NCBI RefSeq assembly: GCF_009914755.1
Contig: NC_060927.1
Strand: one strand, 5' to 3'
DNA from: the human T2T-CHM13v2.0 reference genome, Homo sapiens
Length of the DNA: 64,000 nucleotides
A program made the position numbers and the translations under genes. Positions 1-14,100 of the stretch are shown here, one piece after another. The notes below the pieces were generated by a model. That model was not told the origin of the DNA and ran no database searches. It saw only the letters and a program-made list of their open reading frames with translations. Position 1 is the first letter of the stretch. Each line of letters begins with the position of its first letter.

Positions 1-383
1 ATGGTTTTATGAAATCATTCTCTGAGTCATTAAAATGTATGCTAAGAAAAAAAATCTAACTTATGCTTTATGCTCAGATGCAATTTTAATAGTCTCAAAC
101 TAAGATAAACAAATATCCCAGCACACTTTTTTAATTAAAAAAAAAAAGCACCCGAAAAACTTATTATTCTATTCTTTCCTGAGATTGACTAGAATTAATA
201 CTTTTCACAGTTTTTATGTGCCACCAATAGCACTAAACTTTTTAAAGGGTATTGTCTCTTTATAAAATGTATCGACCAGAATCTGCTTCTTAAACAGTGG
301 AATACTAGAATGTGTTACAGAGGTGAGGAAGCTTCTAGTAATCCAAGTTTGCCTGACAAAGTCCACTCTTTAAAATGTCCTGA

Positions 384-676
384 TTTATTTATTTGAGACA
401 GAGTCTCACTTGGTCGCTGGAGTGCAGTGGCACAATCTCAGCTCACTGCAGCCTCCACCTCCTGGAATCAAGTGATTCTTGTGTCTCAGTCTCCCTAGTA
501 GCTGGGATTACACGTTCGCACCACCACTCCCAGCTAATTTTTGTATTTTTAGTAGAGACCGGGTTTCACCATGTTGGTCAGGCTGGTCTCGAACTCCTGA
601 CCTCATGATCTGCCCAAAGTGAGACCTCGGCCTCCCAAAGTGCTGGGATTACAGGCGTGAGCCACCACACCTGGCC
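384..676 (-). mobile_element. AluS (Sg-like)
   Basis: Antisense Alu: (TTTA)n tail, gagacagagtctc ... ctcccaaagtgctgggattacaggcgtgagccacc. Confidence 0.93.
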
Positions 677-749
677 CTGCTTTTTCTTTTTTAAAATGAT
701 AAAAAATACAGTTACTTTTATTCTGTATTCCAGAGGGGATCTGGGCATA

Positions 750-781
750 TGTGTGTAGTGTGTGTGTGTGTGTGTGTGTGT
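750..781. repeat. (TG)n microsatellite
   Basis: Direct reading. Confidence 0.95.
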
Positions 782-869
782 TCTTACTGTAACCCAGGTA
801 TATCTTAATGCAAAATCATGTGTTTCCCTTGTGGTGTTACCATACTTATAATATCAAATGTGGTGGGTC

Positions 870-1330
870 CTGTGGTAGAGAGGCAGTCTGGGAATGAGTA
901 GACCTGATTTTAAACCTCCAATTCACCATGCTATTGACGTAAATGTTGGTCTTCACTTTACTCATTTTCTCAACAGAGATCATGTCATCCTGAATTATAA
1001 AACATGCCTGGCCCATCTCTCCAGGCTGCTGGGAGAATAAGAATAGAGAGCCCAGTGTAGTACAAGCCCAGAGAGAACTTCAAGAATGGTAGCTGTGGTT
1101 TGTGAATTATTAGCTACTATTCTTAATAGTGACACAAGGACGGAGGCAGGATTCAGTTTTCAGAAGCCCACAGTTATAGTCAAGACCATTGCTACTCCTT
1201 AGTTATATGATCTTTGAACGGACTTTTTACATCTTAGAGCCAATTTTCTTATCGCTAAAACAAAGTTGTAGCATCTGCCATGATTACTTCAAATGGCTGT
1301 TGTGAGTTGTGTATAAAATAATACTGTTTT
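870..1330 (+). mobile_element. Degenerate MIR-family fragments
   Basis: Core-like strings agacctgattttaaacct and tgatctttgaacggac...gagccaattttcttatc. Confidence 0.45.
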
Positions 1331-1893
1331 GTAAATATAAATCATGATAGCAGTTTTCTCATGCTTTCTTAGTACTACATTTCCAACCCTGAGATGGAGT
1401 GTTATAGGAGCAGGGAAATCAGCCACGGGTGGGTGTGGGCAGGAATGGTTAAACACTACTGTTATTTCAGTAATGTGATAATTGGAGTTTTAAGGGTATG
1501 TGTGTGTGTTTTGGGAAAGTAGAGTGGAGCAGGAGAAAGGGTATGTAGACAACTGTGTTAGAGAAATTGAATCTCAGATGGTGAGTGTTTTATTTTCCCA
1601 CCTTACTCTTGCTTCTTTAAGTTACTACTCCCACAGGAGATTGGCTATAGACTGACATGAGTGAGTAAAGTTACTCATTAGGGGAATCTAAGCTTCAGTG
1701 AGATGATAAGAAAGTGATTGAAGCAGGGAGCTGTGAAGAGTTAGAAATAAGGTTGGCTCATGGCATGCATCATCAGCTTATCAGGACATGGATGGTGGCA
1801 GAGAAAGGAAGAAAACTCATTGAAATAAATATGGGGATTTCAGGGGTCCATGGAGCAGAACACACTTGAAAAGGTCAAAATGAAGTTAGAAGG

Positions 1894-1945
1894 GTGTGTG
1901 TGTGTGTGTGCGCACGCACGTGCGTGTATCTGTGTCTGTGTGTGT
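1894..1945. repeat. (TG)n/(CG) alternating purine-pyrimidine tract
   Basis: gtgtgtgtgtgtgtgtgcgcacgcacgtgcgtgt... Confidence 0.9.
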
Positions 1946-2625
1946 ATAAATTAAGGAATGAGTATGCTTGTAGGACGTATTTAAGAAAAAGGGGGTTTGT
2001 TAATTTTAGTCTTCTAAATTTTACACACTACATCAGTGAGGACAGTTTCAGGTATCCCATGAAGAGCGAAATGTGTATAAAGAGAGATTTTTTTAAGCTT
2101 AAAAGACAAATTATGATTTCTGAAGTTTTGAAGTCATATAAAAGTTTATTCACTTCTTATAAATATGTTATTATCTTTGATTAGTGATATTTTATTAAAG
2201 GTACTTCTCATTTTTATTCATATTTAAACATAAATGTGTTGATGAAGATAGTGATGGTAATGTTAAATCATTGGCTTCTTGAGAATTGTGTAGTCCTGGT
2301 ATGTGAGAGAAAAAAAGACAATAAATGATAAGTGACTCATTAGGATAAAGGATAGAAAAGAGAGCAAGAAATATTTGAAAAATATGTATTTCATTTACTG
2401 TTAAATATCCAGTTCAATTAGTTTTCCCTGCAACTAGATCTATTTCCTTTGCTGTTAAGGAGAATGAATTGAGATATCCAACTGATGACATTCTGTTTTT
2501 CATTTTTTCCTTTTATTCATGTTGCTAAAGCATGCTTTGCTTCTTCCCTGATTATGGATTACATAAGGAAGCACTAGTTTAACTATCTTTTCTAAAAAAG
2601 TAACTAAGGGATTCACATCAGTTAA

Positions 2626-2892
<267 letters not shown>

Positions 2893-3310
2893 TGAAGGGG
2901 AAACAGTTTGACTCATTCAAAAGCTAGATTTACTGCTTATGAACAATGACTAATTATTTCCCTGAAGATTAAAACCTTATATCCCTGAAATAACACAATT
3001 TAAGTTTATATGCCTATTATATTATTTGAGTTTAACTACATGTATAAGCAAGAAATTGTTTTTGCATTCTTCTTTGCTGTCACTAGCAGAAGAAACTATA
3101 TGTATTTTGACCTAGTAAGTTTCAAGTCATTTGATTTAAAAGGAGAATCCAAATGGATTTGCTTATCAACAGATTGCCAAACTAAAATTTAAAAAATAGT
3201 ATCTCCATTTCTCACATAATTTTTATTTAAATATTATTCAAGTCTAAAATTCCATCTATTATTTATCACACAATTCTTAGTTGACTCCTGACTGTCTAGG
3301 TGAGATGGAT

Positions 3311-3520
3311 CCAGTGGTATCCTGGTAAATGTTTACCAACCTGCTCTTATGGGGGTGGGGAAGGAGACACTGATTTGTCAGGTTTGCTGATTTCTGTGGT
3401 GCAGGCACTAATATCACAGACTTAAAGCTACCTAAGTGAAATCACTAAATGTGGAGGTAAGAAGAGATGCTCCCAATCAGCTATTGCCAGCCAGTGTAAG
3501 CTGGCTCCTGCACATTCCTG
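3311..3520 (-). mobile_element. MER63A-like hAT DNA transposon fossil
   Basis: Termini ccagtggtatcctggtaaatgtttaccaac ... gctggctcctgcacattcctgg resemble the MER63 TIRs; ~210 bp. Confidence 0.7.
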
Positions 3521-4334
3521 GAGAGGCCAAGATTTGAGAATCCCAGGATTTTCATTCTGGGATTTGAGAGAGGAGTATAATAAAAGATAAGGGATGGTTC
3601 TAGATATCTCTGATGGTGTTAATTAATGTGATTGCTACATGTGAGCATAGGTGCTCCAGGCCCTTTCTTCTATTCAGATAGAAAATTCCTCAGTGATTCA
3701 TAGTGGTTTTAAAAGCTAGGAGAGAGTTCAGACATTAGGTAAATCATCCCTGTTTTATGGTGCCTATCTTTTCTTCATCTGCAGTTAGACCAGTCTCACT
3801 ATAAAATACAAAGCACAATAATACACAGAAGCTATTTACAAGTGAGATTTAAAAATTATACTTACTGCCTTTTGAAAACATTGGGCTTTTTCCTCTCTGT
3901 TCAGCTTTGCCCAGGATACCTGTTAGACAAGTCTTCAGTATATTCTTTTGGCTTTGTCATGTCAACCACATACCTTGGCCAGGTCTCTGATGATTTCCAA
4001 ATGTTTAATCATCCTAATTTGTGATATCCTTGTTCTGTCACTTTTTTAGTATCTTCAGCCTAACGTGTCTTGAATAGGTCTTTGGTCTGTGCTTATAATC
4101 AGGTTAGTAGTCCTGTCGTTTTTCCCTCCTCCAATAAATCTTTCATATTTTAAAGGAAAAGCAGCTTCCTTGTTAAACCAATCATAACAAAAGCCCCACA
4201 CCCTTATCCCAAACCTTCGTGGTTAAGATTAATGATAGCTGAAAATCATATACCCGTTTAATAATTATCTTGGTAATGTTAATAAAAATTTTAATTGTTT
4301 TCATTGAAAAAAATCAAATATGAACAATCCCTCC

Positions 4335-4575
4335 CTGCCTGTGCCATTTAGGTCACTTACTCATCCTGGAATCCCCTGATCTTCTTCCTGTCCCCATCTC
4401 TCTCTGTCCTTTAAGACTCATCTCAGGAATCATCCTTTCTATGATGCCTTCTCTAGTTAACTCCCTCTGCTCCCAGGCCTGATTGGGGGTTCTTCTCCTA
4501 TGCTTCTTCTTAGGGCTCCCATAGAACTCTGTTGACCCTTCATTAAGTAGTTCTACATTTATTATATCTGCTGTC
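4335..4575 (+). mobile_element. L2 fragment
   Basis: cctggaatcccc...tcctttaagactcatctcagg...gccttctct pyrimidine-rich L2 signature. Confidence 0.55.
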
Positions 4576-4579
4576 ATTT

Positions 4580-4750
4580 TCTCCTCAGCTTTTATTTTGA
4601 AAAAAAATTAAACCCAACAAAAATTATAATACTAGTATAATAAATACCATATACCATTCAAGTAGATTTTCCAGTTGTTAACATTTTGCTGACACTCTCC
4701 GTCATATACATTTTTCTGAATCTTTAAAGGAAATAAGTTGTGCATATCCA
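4580..4750 (-). mobile_element. Old L1M 3'-end fragment
   Basis: ttttattttgaaaa...tataataaatacc...ccagttgttaacattttgc motif. Confidence 0.45.
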
Positions 4751-5034
4751 TTCCTTTTGTTAGTCAACTTTATCTAGATTTTGCGATTCTTAGATTAATT
4801 ATACTTAATAATTTTTGAAGATTTATTTCTTGATTTATTCATTCATCAAATATATATTAAGCAGCTATTATGTAACAGATGCTAAAGCCTTGAAGGTTTC
4901 AATGGGTACATAGCCTGATTACAGGATATTTTAGATATATATGATATAATTATGACCAGATCAGATGAGGAATAAAATATTACCATTGTAAGTGTAGAAA
5001 AAAACCCATATACCCAGATCTATGAAAGTGTCAT

Positions 5035-5620
5035 CACTGATTCATCATTGATTCGTTCAGTCACCAGTTGTCTACTCTGTGCTGTTCTATGTTAGGTGCT
5101 GCCAGAGACTGTGGGTATACATTTGAGGCTTCTTACCCTTAAAGAATCTCATCTCACATGAGAGACAGAAGATTATCCAAGAAAGCAGTGGAGTATGAAC
5201 ATCAGTGGAGTTCCCATGGTTCTATGGAAACAGAAGACAGAGAGGCAGGCAGATCTTTCTGTGTAGTTCCAGTGATGCTTAGATAGTAATTTGAAGGATA
5301 AGTAGAAGGAATAAACTAGGTAGATAAAGAGACAGAAGACATACGAGATTGAGGCACCATTATATTTTAAGTCAAGGAAGCATGAAAAAGATACAAGATG
5401 TTCCAGAAACTGGTGGCGGTTTAATACAATGGGAGGGGCAAATGCTAAGGGGCAATGATGAGAAAAGGAAAGACACAGGGCTAGAGGGTTAGGCCCAGGT
5501 TATGAGGGACTTTGTGAGTTAAGCTGAAGAGTTTAAAAGCTATGGTAAACCCATGAATGATTCAGATGGATAATGATAGATACCAGATTTGTGTTTCTAA
5601 TAAGGTTATCCTGAAAAAGA
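5035..5620 (-). mobile_element. L2 fragment
   Basis: ttcatcattgattcgttcag...ctactctgtgc...ttaggtgctg 3'-end motif followed by purine-rich body. Confidence 0.55.
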
Positions 5621-6439
5621 TGGTGGAACAAAATTGATCTTGATGTCTTGATAGTTTTAATTTAGGTAGATTAAATCTTGCTTTAATAGGAGCTAACTCA
5701 AATATTAAAAGTGATTCAAAGGTGATTACTGTACATTTAATAAATTATCCAGATTATTGATGCCTCAGCCAATTTATCTTACCTAAGAATTTTATTTTCT
5801 TCCACATTGTTTTCTTCTAAGGTAACCAGCATTTAAAATTTTAAAAATGTGTTGCTCTCAGCAAGGAGTTAGTAGTTTCTGCAGCTAATATTGCTGCCTG
5901 AAAGACAGAAAGAGGGAAAGGAATTGCTATAATTAGACACCTGGCTTTGTAAAAGGACTAGATGTCATTTAGAGCATTTTATTTCTTGCTGCAAAACTCT
6001 TTCTGTTGAGTAAATGAGTAGGAATTAATCAATGACAACATGACAGTGATTCTGGAGGTTTTATAATGGATGTAATGTTTTTGTTTATTAGATCAATTAA
6101 GCCTGATTGACTTGCAGATTGCAGCAGCTCTGACAAAGCACCCATTGCTTATAACATTTCAATTCTCTGTGCTCACTGCCGCGCGGATCCACTGGCAGGA
6201 TCAGCAGGCTGCAGGGATCTTGTCAGAGACAGCACTAGTAGGGGTGGTTTGCGCAGATGTCAAAAGTCATATGATGTAGATTCAAAAAAGTTACCTAGTT
6301 GTATTAGTTTAACACTTTGTTTTAACAGTTTTACACTCCTACAGTCAGATAGCATAGTTCATACTCGAAGATTAATACACCAAAAGAGCTTATTAGTTTG
6401 ATTTCTGAAGGATGTCAAATTGTTAAATTTCCATGTAGT

Positions 6440-6657
6440 CTAGGGTTTCTTAGCCTCAGCACTATTGTCATCTTGGACCCGATAAATATTTGTTGTAGAG
6501 GGGTGTCCTGTGCATTGTAGAATGCTTACTAGCATCTCTGGCCTCCACCTGCTAGTAACAGTTTTCCCCCAACCTCCAGATGTGACAACCGAACATATCT
6601 CTGGGTATTGCCAAATGTCCCATGGTAGGCAAAAGTGCCCCTGCTTGAGAACCATAG
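6440..6657 (-). mobile_element. MER20 (hAT-Charlie)
   Basis: ctcagcactattgtcatcttgg...tgtcctgtgcattgtag...ttgccaaatgtccc...ttgagaacca. Confidence 0.88.
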
Positions 6658-7494
6658 TTGCAGACATTTAACAGTTAAAGTAAAACAAAAAAAGTAGTTC
6701 ACTTAACCTTTCCATGGGCTAATTGTATTTATTTATTTAAAAATCTATATTGATACATCTGTACTTGTAGAGATATAGATAAATGTTTGGCACTTTGCTA
6801 AGTACTCAAAGTTGGGGAGTATTTTATAGAATGAACAAATCTGAAAGATCCATGCAATTGGCTAAATTAATGTGTGTGTGAAGTTTCCATGTTTTTAAAA
6901 TTAAGATAGGCAGGAAACTAAGTCACAGAAATGGGTATCAAATAAAATAGATGTTCTATTTAAAAATTCTATGTTTTGACATAATAATAGGAGAAATAGA
7001 ATTGCATATGTAAGAACATCATCAGAAGATTATCTTTTTCATTCATGGTTTGCAATATTGGAATTATGCATTTGTTTTATAATTTTATTTTTATATGCAT
7101 GTTTAATATATATTTTTTTCACTTTTCAAATGGTATTACTAGCATGTGAAAATAGCACTGAGGGATATAAATTGAAGCTGTTATGGGATTTTATGTGGAC
7201 CTTGCACACCAAGAGCCTGATCTTTGTTTTAAAATGTTGTTAACTCAGTGTTAAATCAGAGTGTAAGACAGCAGGGAAAAGAGTAAGGCCTTAGCAGGGA
7301 CTATGTGCTATGATCATTAAGTTGAATAGAGGTGTAAGATCCTTCTAGCTATTATAGAAGAGCAGTTCATGGAAGACCAAGTTTCTGAGAAGAGGAGGAT
7401 GAAGATGGTAGATAAATGAATATTCCAAAATGAAACTACTTGTTGTCTTTGTCCAGTGTTAAACTATTACTATCCATCATTTTCTTCTTTGGTA

Positions 7495-7668
7495 ATCACT
7501 TACCAAATGCTGAGCGTATGCCAGGCATTAAGGTGCTAAGCTAGAAACTTTCATTTACATGGTTTCATTCAGTCTATAAAACAGCCCTCTGAAGCAGGTA
7601 TTGATAGTTCCATTTTAGAGAGAGGGAAACTAAGAATTAAATGCCTAAGTACGGGTCACACAGTCTGT
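7495..7668 (-). mobile_element. MIR
   Basis: tatgccaggca...ccattttagagagagggaaactaag...ggtcacacag. Confidence 0.7.
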
Positions 7669-10600
7669 TCCTATTGCAACTAGAGATTAAGCCTCATTGC
7701 TATATCATTACCTTATTTGATATATTCAACAAGCACCTTCAAATATACCACGTAGTTTTTTTAATGAAAAAATATCAATTCCTGCCCATTTGTATATAAT
7801 AATCCTTATCAGATCCTCTTCACATTCTACGCTTTTTCATACTCTTTCTGAAACAAATTAAGAATGAGATTGATCCTTCATACAGCTGATAACCTGTGTT
7901 GATACAGTAGCTATATTTCACCAAAACCTTTTTCATAATAAGACTATTGGTCAGGTGCATTTTTTTCCCTACAATACATTAAATTCAAGATGCCCTTTAT
8001 TTTTCATGGACAACTCCTGGAAGCTAGTTAGTTCCTTTTGTCTCTAATTTGATTACTTAAGCTATAAAATAGAGGCTATAGTAATAATCTCCACCTGTTT
8101 CATAGCTCAAGAAATAGCATCTTTATTTAGCGGTGCCTACATCTTTTATGTTTAAAATTCCTTAAGACAAGACATCTGTACACAATGTAGCTATAGTGTG
8201 ATTTACAATAACTTTGTGTTTTTGTTATCAGCAAGAGATCACTTACAAAGAGACAATACACCCTTTGTACTTGCTAGTAAAACACTACATAGTTTTACAT
8301 GTCAAGCATATGTAAGGCATGGTGGAAGTCAGGAAGGATAAATTCATTACATGCCTGTCATCACATCAGAAATCCACCTCAATCAGAAGTGGTGTGGGAG
8401 TTGAAACATATCTGCCACTCAGGTGATATATTAATCAGATTTGCCCTTTGAATTGTACAGTAAGAGCTGTAATGGCATTACATATTTATGGCCAGAATTG
8501 GCTCATTAGTGGATAGCTTTGATTTGGAGGTTAAAAAAAAAAAATCTAACTATGTTTTATTTTCCAAACCCAGTTTTACTAACATGTTGTAGCTTCTCAT
8601 AAAATATTTTGAACTAGTAACATTAAGTTTTGACAAAAGCTTGTAACCTGAGGGGAAAAAAAATTGGTCAGATACTGTGAGAGAGATTTCAAAAGAATAG
8701 GGAGTAAATTTGTTATTACAACAGTGAAAAGGAATACAATTTGTTATTTTGTGACTTGTCCTGCTTTTTTTTTTTCATAACCATTTTTAGAGTTTTTAGT
8801 AAAGATCCAGGGGACGTTGGTTCGATGTACTAGCAGCTGCATGAAAATGGACTGCTTCATGTGTGTGCTCATCTATCTGTCTTCTATCTCACCGAGTTGT
8901 CTTTGACAATTGACCTCTCCTTTGGAGATCTTTTCAGATAATTCCAGACACTGTATAATGCCAAACCTTAGGATAGTTGCAGGTGGCATATGTAGAAAGC
9001 ATTTTAATTATGCTACAGATTTGAAATAGATGCAAGTCATATCTTTATTGAATTTAACACCTTTAACATATATATTGAGATGAATTTCCTAAGGTGTAGT
9101 CCAAAAACGCTTGTCAGTTCATTCATTTTGAAAGTAAAATGGGCATGGGGCCTAAACAATTTTCTGATTTTTTTTTTATAACCCCTCTTATCACTTGATT
9201 ATGTGAATAGTTACCACATGACTATTCTCTTCAGGTTTCAGCAACGAAACAGAATGGTTGAATGTTTGCTACTTCCACATTGCTTCATTCAAGGCAAAAT
9301 AACTCACCTATTAAAATTGTCATTATTTCTTTTCTGTCTAAAGTCTCAAAGACTTTCCCTTTTCAAATTTTGATACCTTAAATTGGATGAATCTAATTGA
9401 GCCTTTAAGCTCAGTTTATCTTACCTAACTAAATTCAGAGGTTGCTAAAAGGATGTACTAGAGGTTAAGTTAGTAATGTTAAGCAGTTAATTTTTTTTCC
9501 CTAAAATTATGGCTTCTAAAAATGGAATTGGGAAACCCTTGCTTAATTTTACCTGGTGTCTTAAGAACAGTTTGTGTACAACTGATATAACCATGAGGTT
9601 GATAGAAACAGAACTATATTATTTTAATTATGCAATTCTATTAAACATCTGTTAAAAGGCTGAAAGGCTGAAAGTGTATGAAATGTTTTTTCCAGAAATT
9701 CCAAGATAGCTTAAGGGACCTTTTTTCTCGTCTAAGATATTTTATTAGCATAAAAGAAAAGATACACAAACTCACACACATATATTAGTGACAGGAAGAT
9801 ATTTTTGGACTTAGATATAAAGAAACCTTTCAAAATCATAAACAATAGAGCCTTTGTTAGGACAAACATGTAAAAAGGTGCTATATTTGCTACAACCTAG
9901 GAGGAACACAATACTGACATTTCAGGAGCCTTCATTTCTTCATCTCCAGAATGAAGTAGTTGGCTTAACACTTTCTAAATTCTATTTCAACTCTAAGAAA
10001 TTACTAACTGCAAAATTAAAATCAGAAAAAAAAGAGTAATTTTGTTGATCACAGTGTAGCTAAAAAGTTGTTAACTAGGCTGGTAATCATAGCCCGAGGG
10101 TTTGTTGTTGTTTGAACATTGAGTAACAGGTTTCTAACCTTGAGTTTAATTACCATCAGAAGTGTCTTATTCTGATGTTAAAGGCCAAATATCTGTGATT
10201 TCAGGACATAATTCTTTGAGAAAGTACACACCTTTCATCACATGTAATTTTTACCAGCTGATTTTTATAGCACTTAATGTTACTCCATTTCAATCCATTT
10301 GTCTTCTTATTTTGCTGTGTGAGTCATCTTGCCGAGTTCTGCAGAGGATAATGTGATACCCTCAGCACTTAATAAGCTGGCAGATACATTTCCAGTTGAA
10401 TGTTGATGCTATGGAAAATTTAACCGAATTAAGCTATAATGCTTCACTTACTTTTAAGTGGTCCATGTTAGAAGATTAATGAAGGAATCTTTTCAGTTCA
10501 TTGTTATATTTTGGAAATATAATACTTTGATAGGATACTTTGGTAGGATAAATTATAACAGGTGTAAGACTGCAATTTAAATATGTAGGCATAAGGAAGA

Positions 10601-11145
10601 AACAATATCACAGCCAATTAGGAAAGTGAGTAAGCTTTTGAATGTCATTATGCTTTGTTGTTTTTGTTGTGAAAATTAGGGGCATCAAATTAATTGATTA
10701 TTAATGTCAGTTATTTTAGATGGTGAATAAAGACAAATTTTCTTTAGATATCATCTCATTTATTTTCCCTTAATTAACAGTGAAGGGATAGTTTGCAGAA
10801 TATTAGACATTAATAATTTTATGTACAAAAGAGAAAATAATACAGTGTTCATAATTCTGTGATTGAGGATGTATTATATATTTACATAAAACAAGGCTGT
10901 AAATTCTAAAGGAACAATACATTAGACGTAGTTTACATTTGGCTTTTTAAAATTATATTTTAAGTTCTGGGATACATGTGCAGAATGTGCAGGTTTGTTA
11001 CACGTGCCATGGTGGTTTGCTGCACCCATCAACCCGTCATCTACATTAAGTATTTCTCCTAATGCTATCCCTCCCCTAGCCCCCCACCCCCTGACAGACC
11101 CCAGAGTGTAATGTTCCCCTCCCTGTGTTCATGTGTTCTCATTGT

Positions 11146-14100
11146 TCAACTCCCACTTATGAGTTAGAACATGTGGTGTTTGTTTTTCTGTTCCTGTGTT
11201 AGTTTGCTGAGAATGATGGTTTCCAGCTTCATCCATGTCCCTGCAAAGGATATGAAGTCATCCTTTTTTATGGCTGCATAGTATTCCATGGTGTGTATTT
11301 GCCACATTTTCTTTATCCAGTCTCTCAATTGATGGGCATTTGGATCGGTTCCAAGTCTTTACTATAGGGAATAGTGCTGCAATAAATATACGTGTTCATG
11401 TGTCTTTATAGTAGAATGATTTATAATCCTTTGAGTATATACCCAGTAATGGGATTGCTGAGTCAAATGGTATTTCTGGTTCTAGATCCTTGAGGAATCG
11501 CCACACTGTCTTTCACAATGGTTGAACTAATTTACAGTCCCACCAACAGTGTAAAAGTGTTCCTGTTTCTCCACATCCTCTCCAACATCTGTTGTTTCCT
11601 GACTTTTTAATGATTGCGATTCTAACTGGCATGAGATGGTATCTCATTGTGGTTTTGATTTGCATTTCTCTAATGAACAGTGGTGATGAGCATTTTTTCA
11701 TGTGTCTTTTGGCTGTGTATATGTCTTCTTTTGAGAAATGTGAGTTCATATCCTTTGCCCACTTTTTGATGGTTTTTTTTTCTTGTAAATTTGTTTAAGT
11801 TTCTTGTGAATTCTGGATATCAGCCCTTTGTCAAATGGATAGATTGCAAAAACTTTCTCCCATTCTGTAGGTTGCCTGTTCACACTGATGATAGTTTTTT
11901 TTTTTGCTATGCAGAAGCTTTTTAGTTTAATTAGATCACAATTGTCAATTTTGGCTTTTGGTGTTTTAGTCATGAAGTCTTTGCCCATGCGTATGTCCTG
12001 AATGGTACTGCCTTGGTTTTCTTCTAGGGTTTTTATGGTTTTAGGTCTTATGTTTAAGTCTTTAATCCATCTTGAGTTGATTTTTGCATAAGGTTTAAGG
12101 AAGGGGTCCAGTTTCAGTTTTCTGCATATGGCTAGCCAGTTTTCCCAAAATCATTTATTAAATAGGGAATTCTTTTCCCATTGCTTGTTTTTGTCAGGTT
12201 TGTCAAAGATGAGATAGTTGTAGATGTGTGGTGTTATTTTTGAGGCCTCTGTTCTGTTCCATTGGTCTATATATCTGTTTTGCTAGCAGTACCATGCTGT
12301 TTTGGTTATTGTAGCCTTGTAGTACAGTTTGAAGTCGGGTAGCGTGATGCCACCAGCATTGTTCTTTTTGCTTAGAATTGTCTTGGCTTATACAGGCTCT
12401 TTTTTGGATCCATATGAAATTTAAAGTACTTTTTTTCTAATTCTGTGAAGAAAGGCAGTGGTAGCTTGATGGGCATAGCATTGAATCTATGAATTACTTT
12501 GGACAGTATGGCCATTTTCATGATATTGATTCTTCCTTTCCATGAGCATGGAATATTTTTTCCATTTGTTTGTGTCCTCTCTTATTTCCTTGAGCAGTAG
12601 TTTGTAGTTCTCCTTGAAGAGGTCCTTCACATTCCTTGTAAGTTATATTCCTAGGTATTTTATTCTCTTTGTAGCAAGTGTAAATGGGAGTTCACTCATG
12701 ATTTGGTTCTCTGTCTATTATTGGTTTATAGGAATGCTTGTGATTTCTGCACATTGATTTTGTATCCTGAGACTTTGCTGAAGTTACTTATCAGCTTAAG
12801 GAAATTTTGTGCTGAGACAGTGAGGTTTTCTAAATATACATTCATGTCTTCTGCAGACAGAGACAATTTGACTTCCTCTCTTCCTATTTGAATACACTTT
12901 ATTTCTTTCTCTTGCCCGATTGCCCTGGCCAGAACCTCCAATGCGATGCTGAATAGGAGTGGTAAGAGAGGGCATCCTTATCTTGTGCCAGTATTCAGAG
13001 GGAATGCTTCCAGCTTTTGCCCACTCAGTATGATATTGGTTGTGGGTTTGTCATAAATAGCTCTTATTATTTTGAGATACATTCATCAATACCTAGCTTC
13101 TTGAGAGATTTTAGCATGAAGGGGTGTTGAATTTTATTGAAGGCCTTTTCTGCATCTATTGGGATAATCATGTAGTTTTTGTCATTGGTTCTGTTTATGT
13201 GATGGATTACGTTTATTGATTTGCATATGTTGAACCAGCCTAGCACCCCAGGGATGAAGCTGACTTGATTGTGGTGGACATGCCTTTTGATGTGCTCTGG
13301 ATTCGGTTTGCCAGTATGGTATTGAGGATATTCACATTGAAGTTCATCAGGGATATTGGCCTGAAATTTTCTTTTTTTTGTTGTGTCTCTGGAGGTTTTT
13401 GGTATCAGGATGACACTGGCCTCATAAAATGAGTGATGGAGGAGTCCCTCTTTTTATATTGTTTGGAATAGTTTCAGAAGGAATGGTACCAGCTCCTCTT
13501 TGTACCTCTGGTAGAATTTGGCTGTGAATCCATCTGGTCCTGGGCTTTTTTTGGTTGATAGGCTCTTAATTACTGCTTCAATTTCAGAACTTGTTATTGG
13601 TCTATTCAGGGATTTGACTTCTTTCTGGTTTAGTCTTGGGAGGGTGTATGTGTCCAGGTATTTATCCATTTCTTCTAGATTTTCTAGTGTATTTGCATAG
13701 ACGTATTTATAGCATTCTCTGATTGTAAACTGTATTTCTTTGGGATCAGTGATGATATCCCCTTTATCATTTTTTATTGTGTCTATTTGATTCTTCTCTC
13801 TTTTCTTCTTCGTTAGTCTGGCTAGTAGTCTATCTATTTTGTGAATCTTTTCAAAAAACCAGCTCCTGGATTCGTTGATTGTTTTTGGTTTTCCGTGTCT
13901 TTATCTCCTTTGGTTCTACTCTGATCTTAGTTATTTCTTGTCTTCTGCTAGCTTTTGAATTTGTTTGCCCTTGCTTCTCTTGTTCTTTTCATTGTGATGG
14001 GGTATTGATTTTTTATCTTTCCTGCTTTCTCCTGTGAGCGCTTAGTGCTATAAATTTTTCTCTAAACACTACTTTAGCTGTGTCCTAGAGATTCTGGTAC

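Noticed and set aside
8810-8835. ggttcgat, resembling a Pol III B-box or tRNA T-loop
   Set aside because: No A-box, no cloverleaf, and the match is incomplete.
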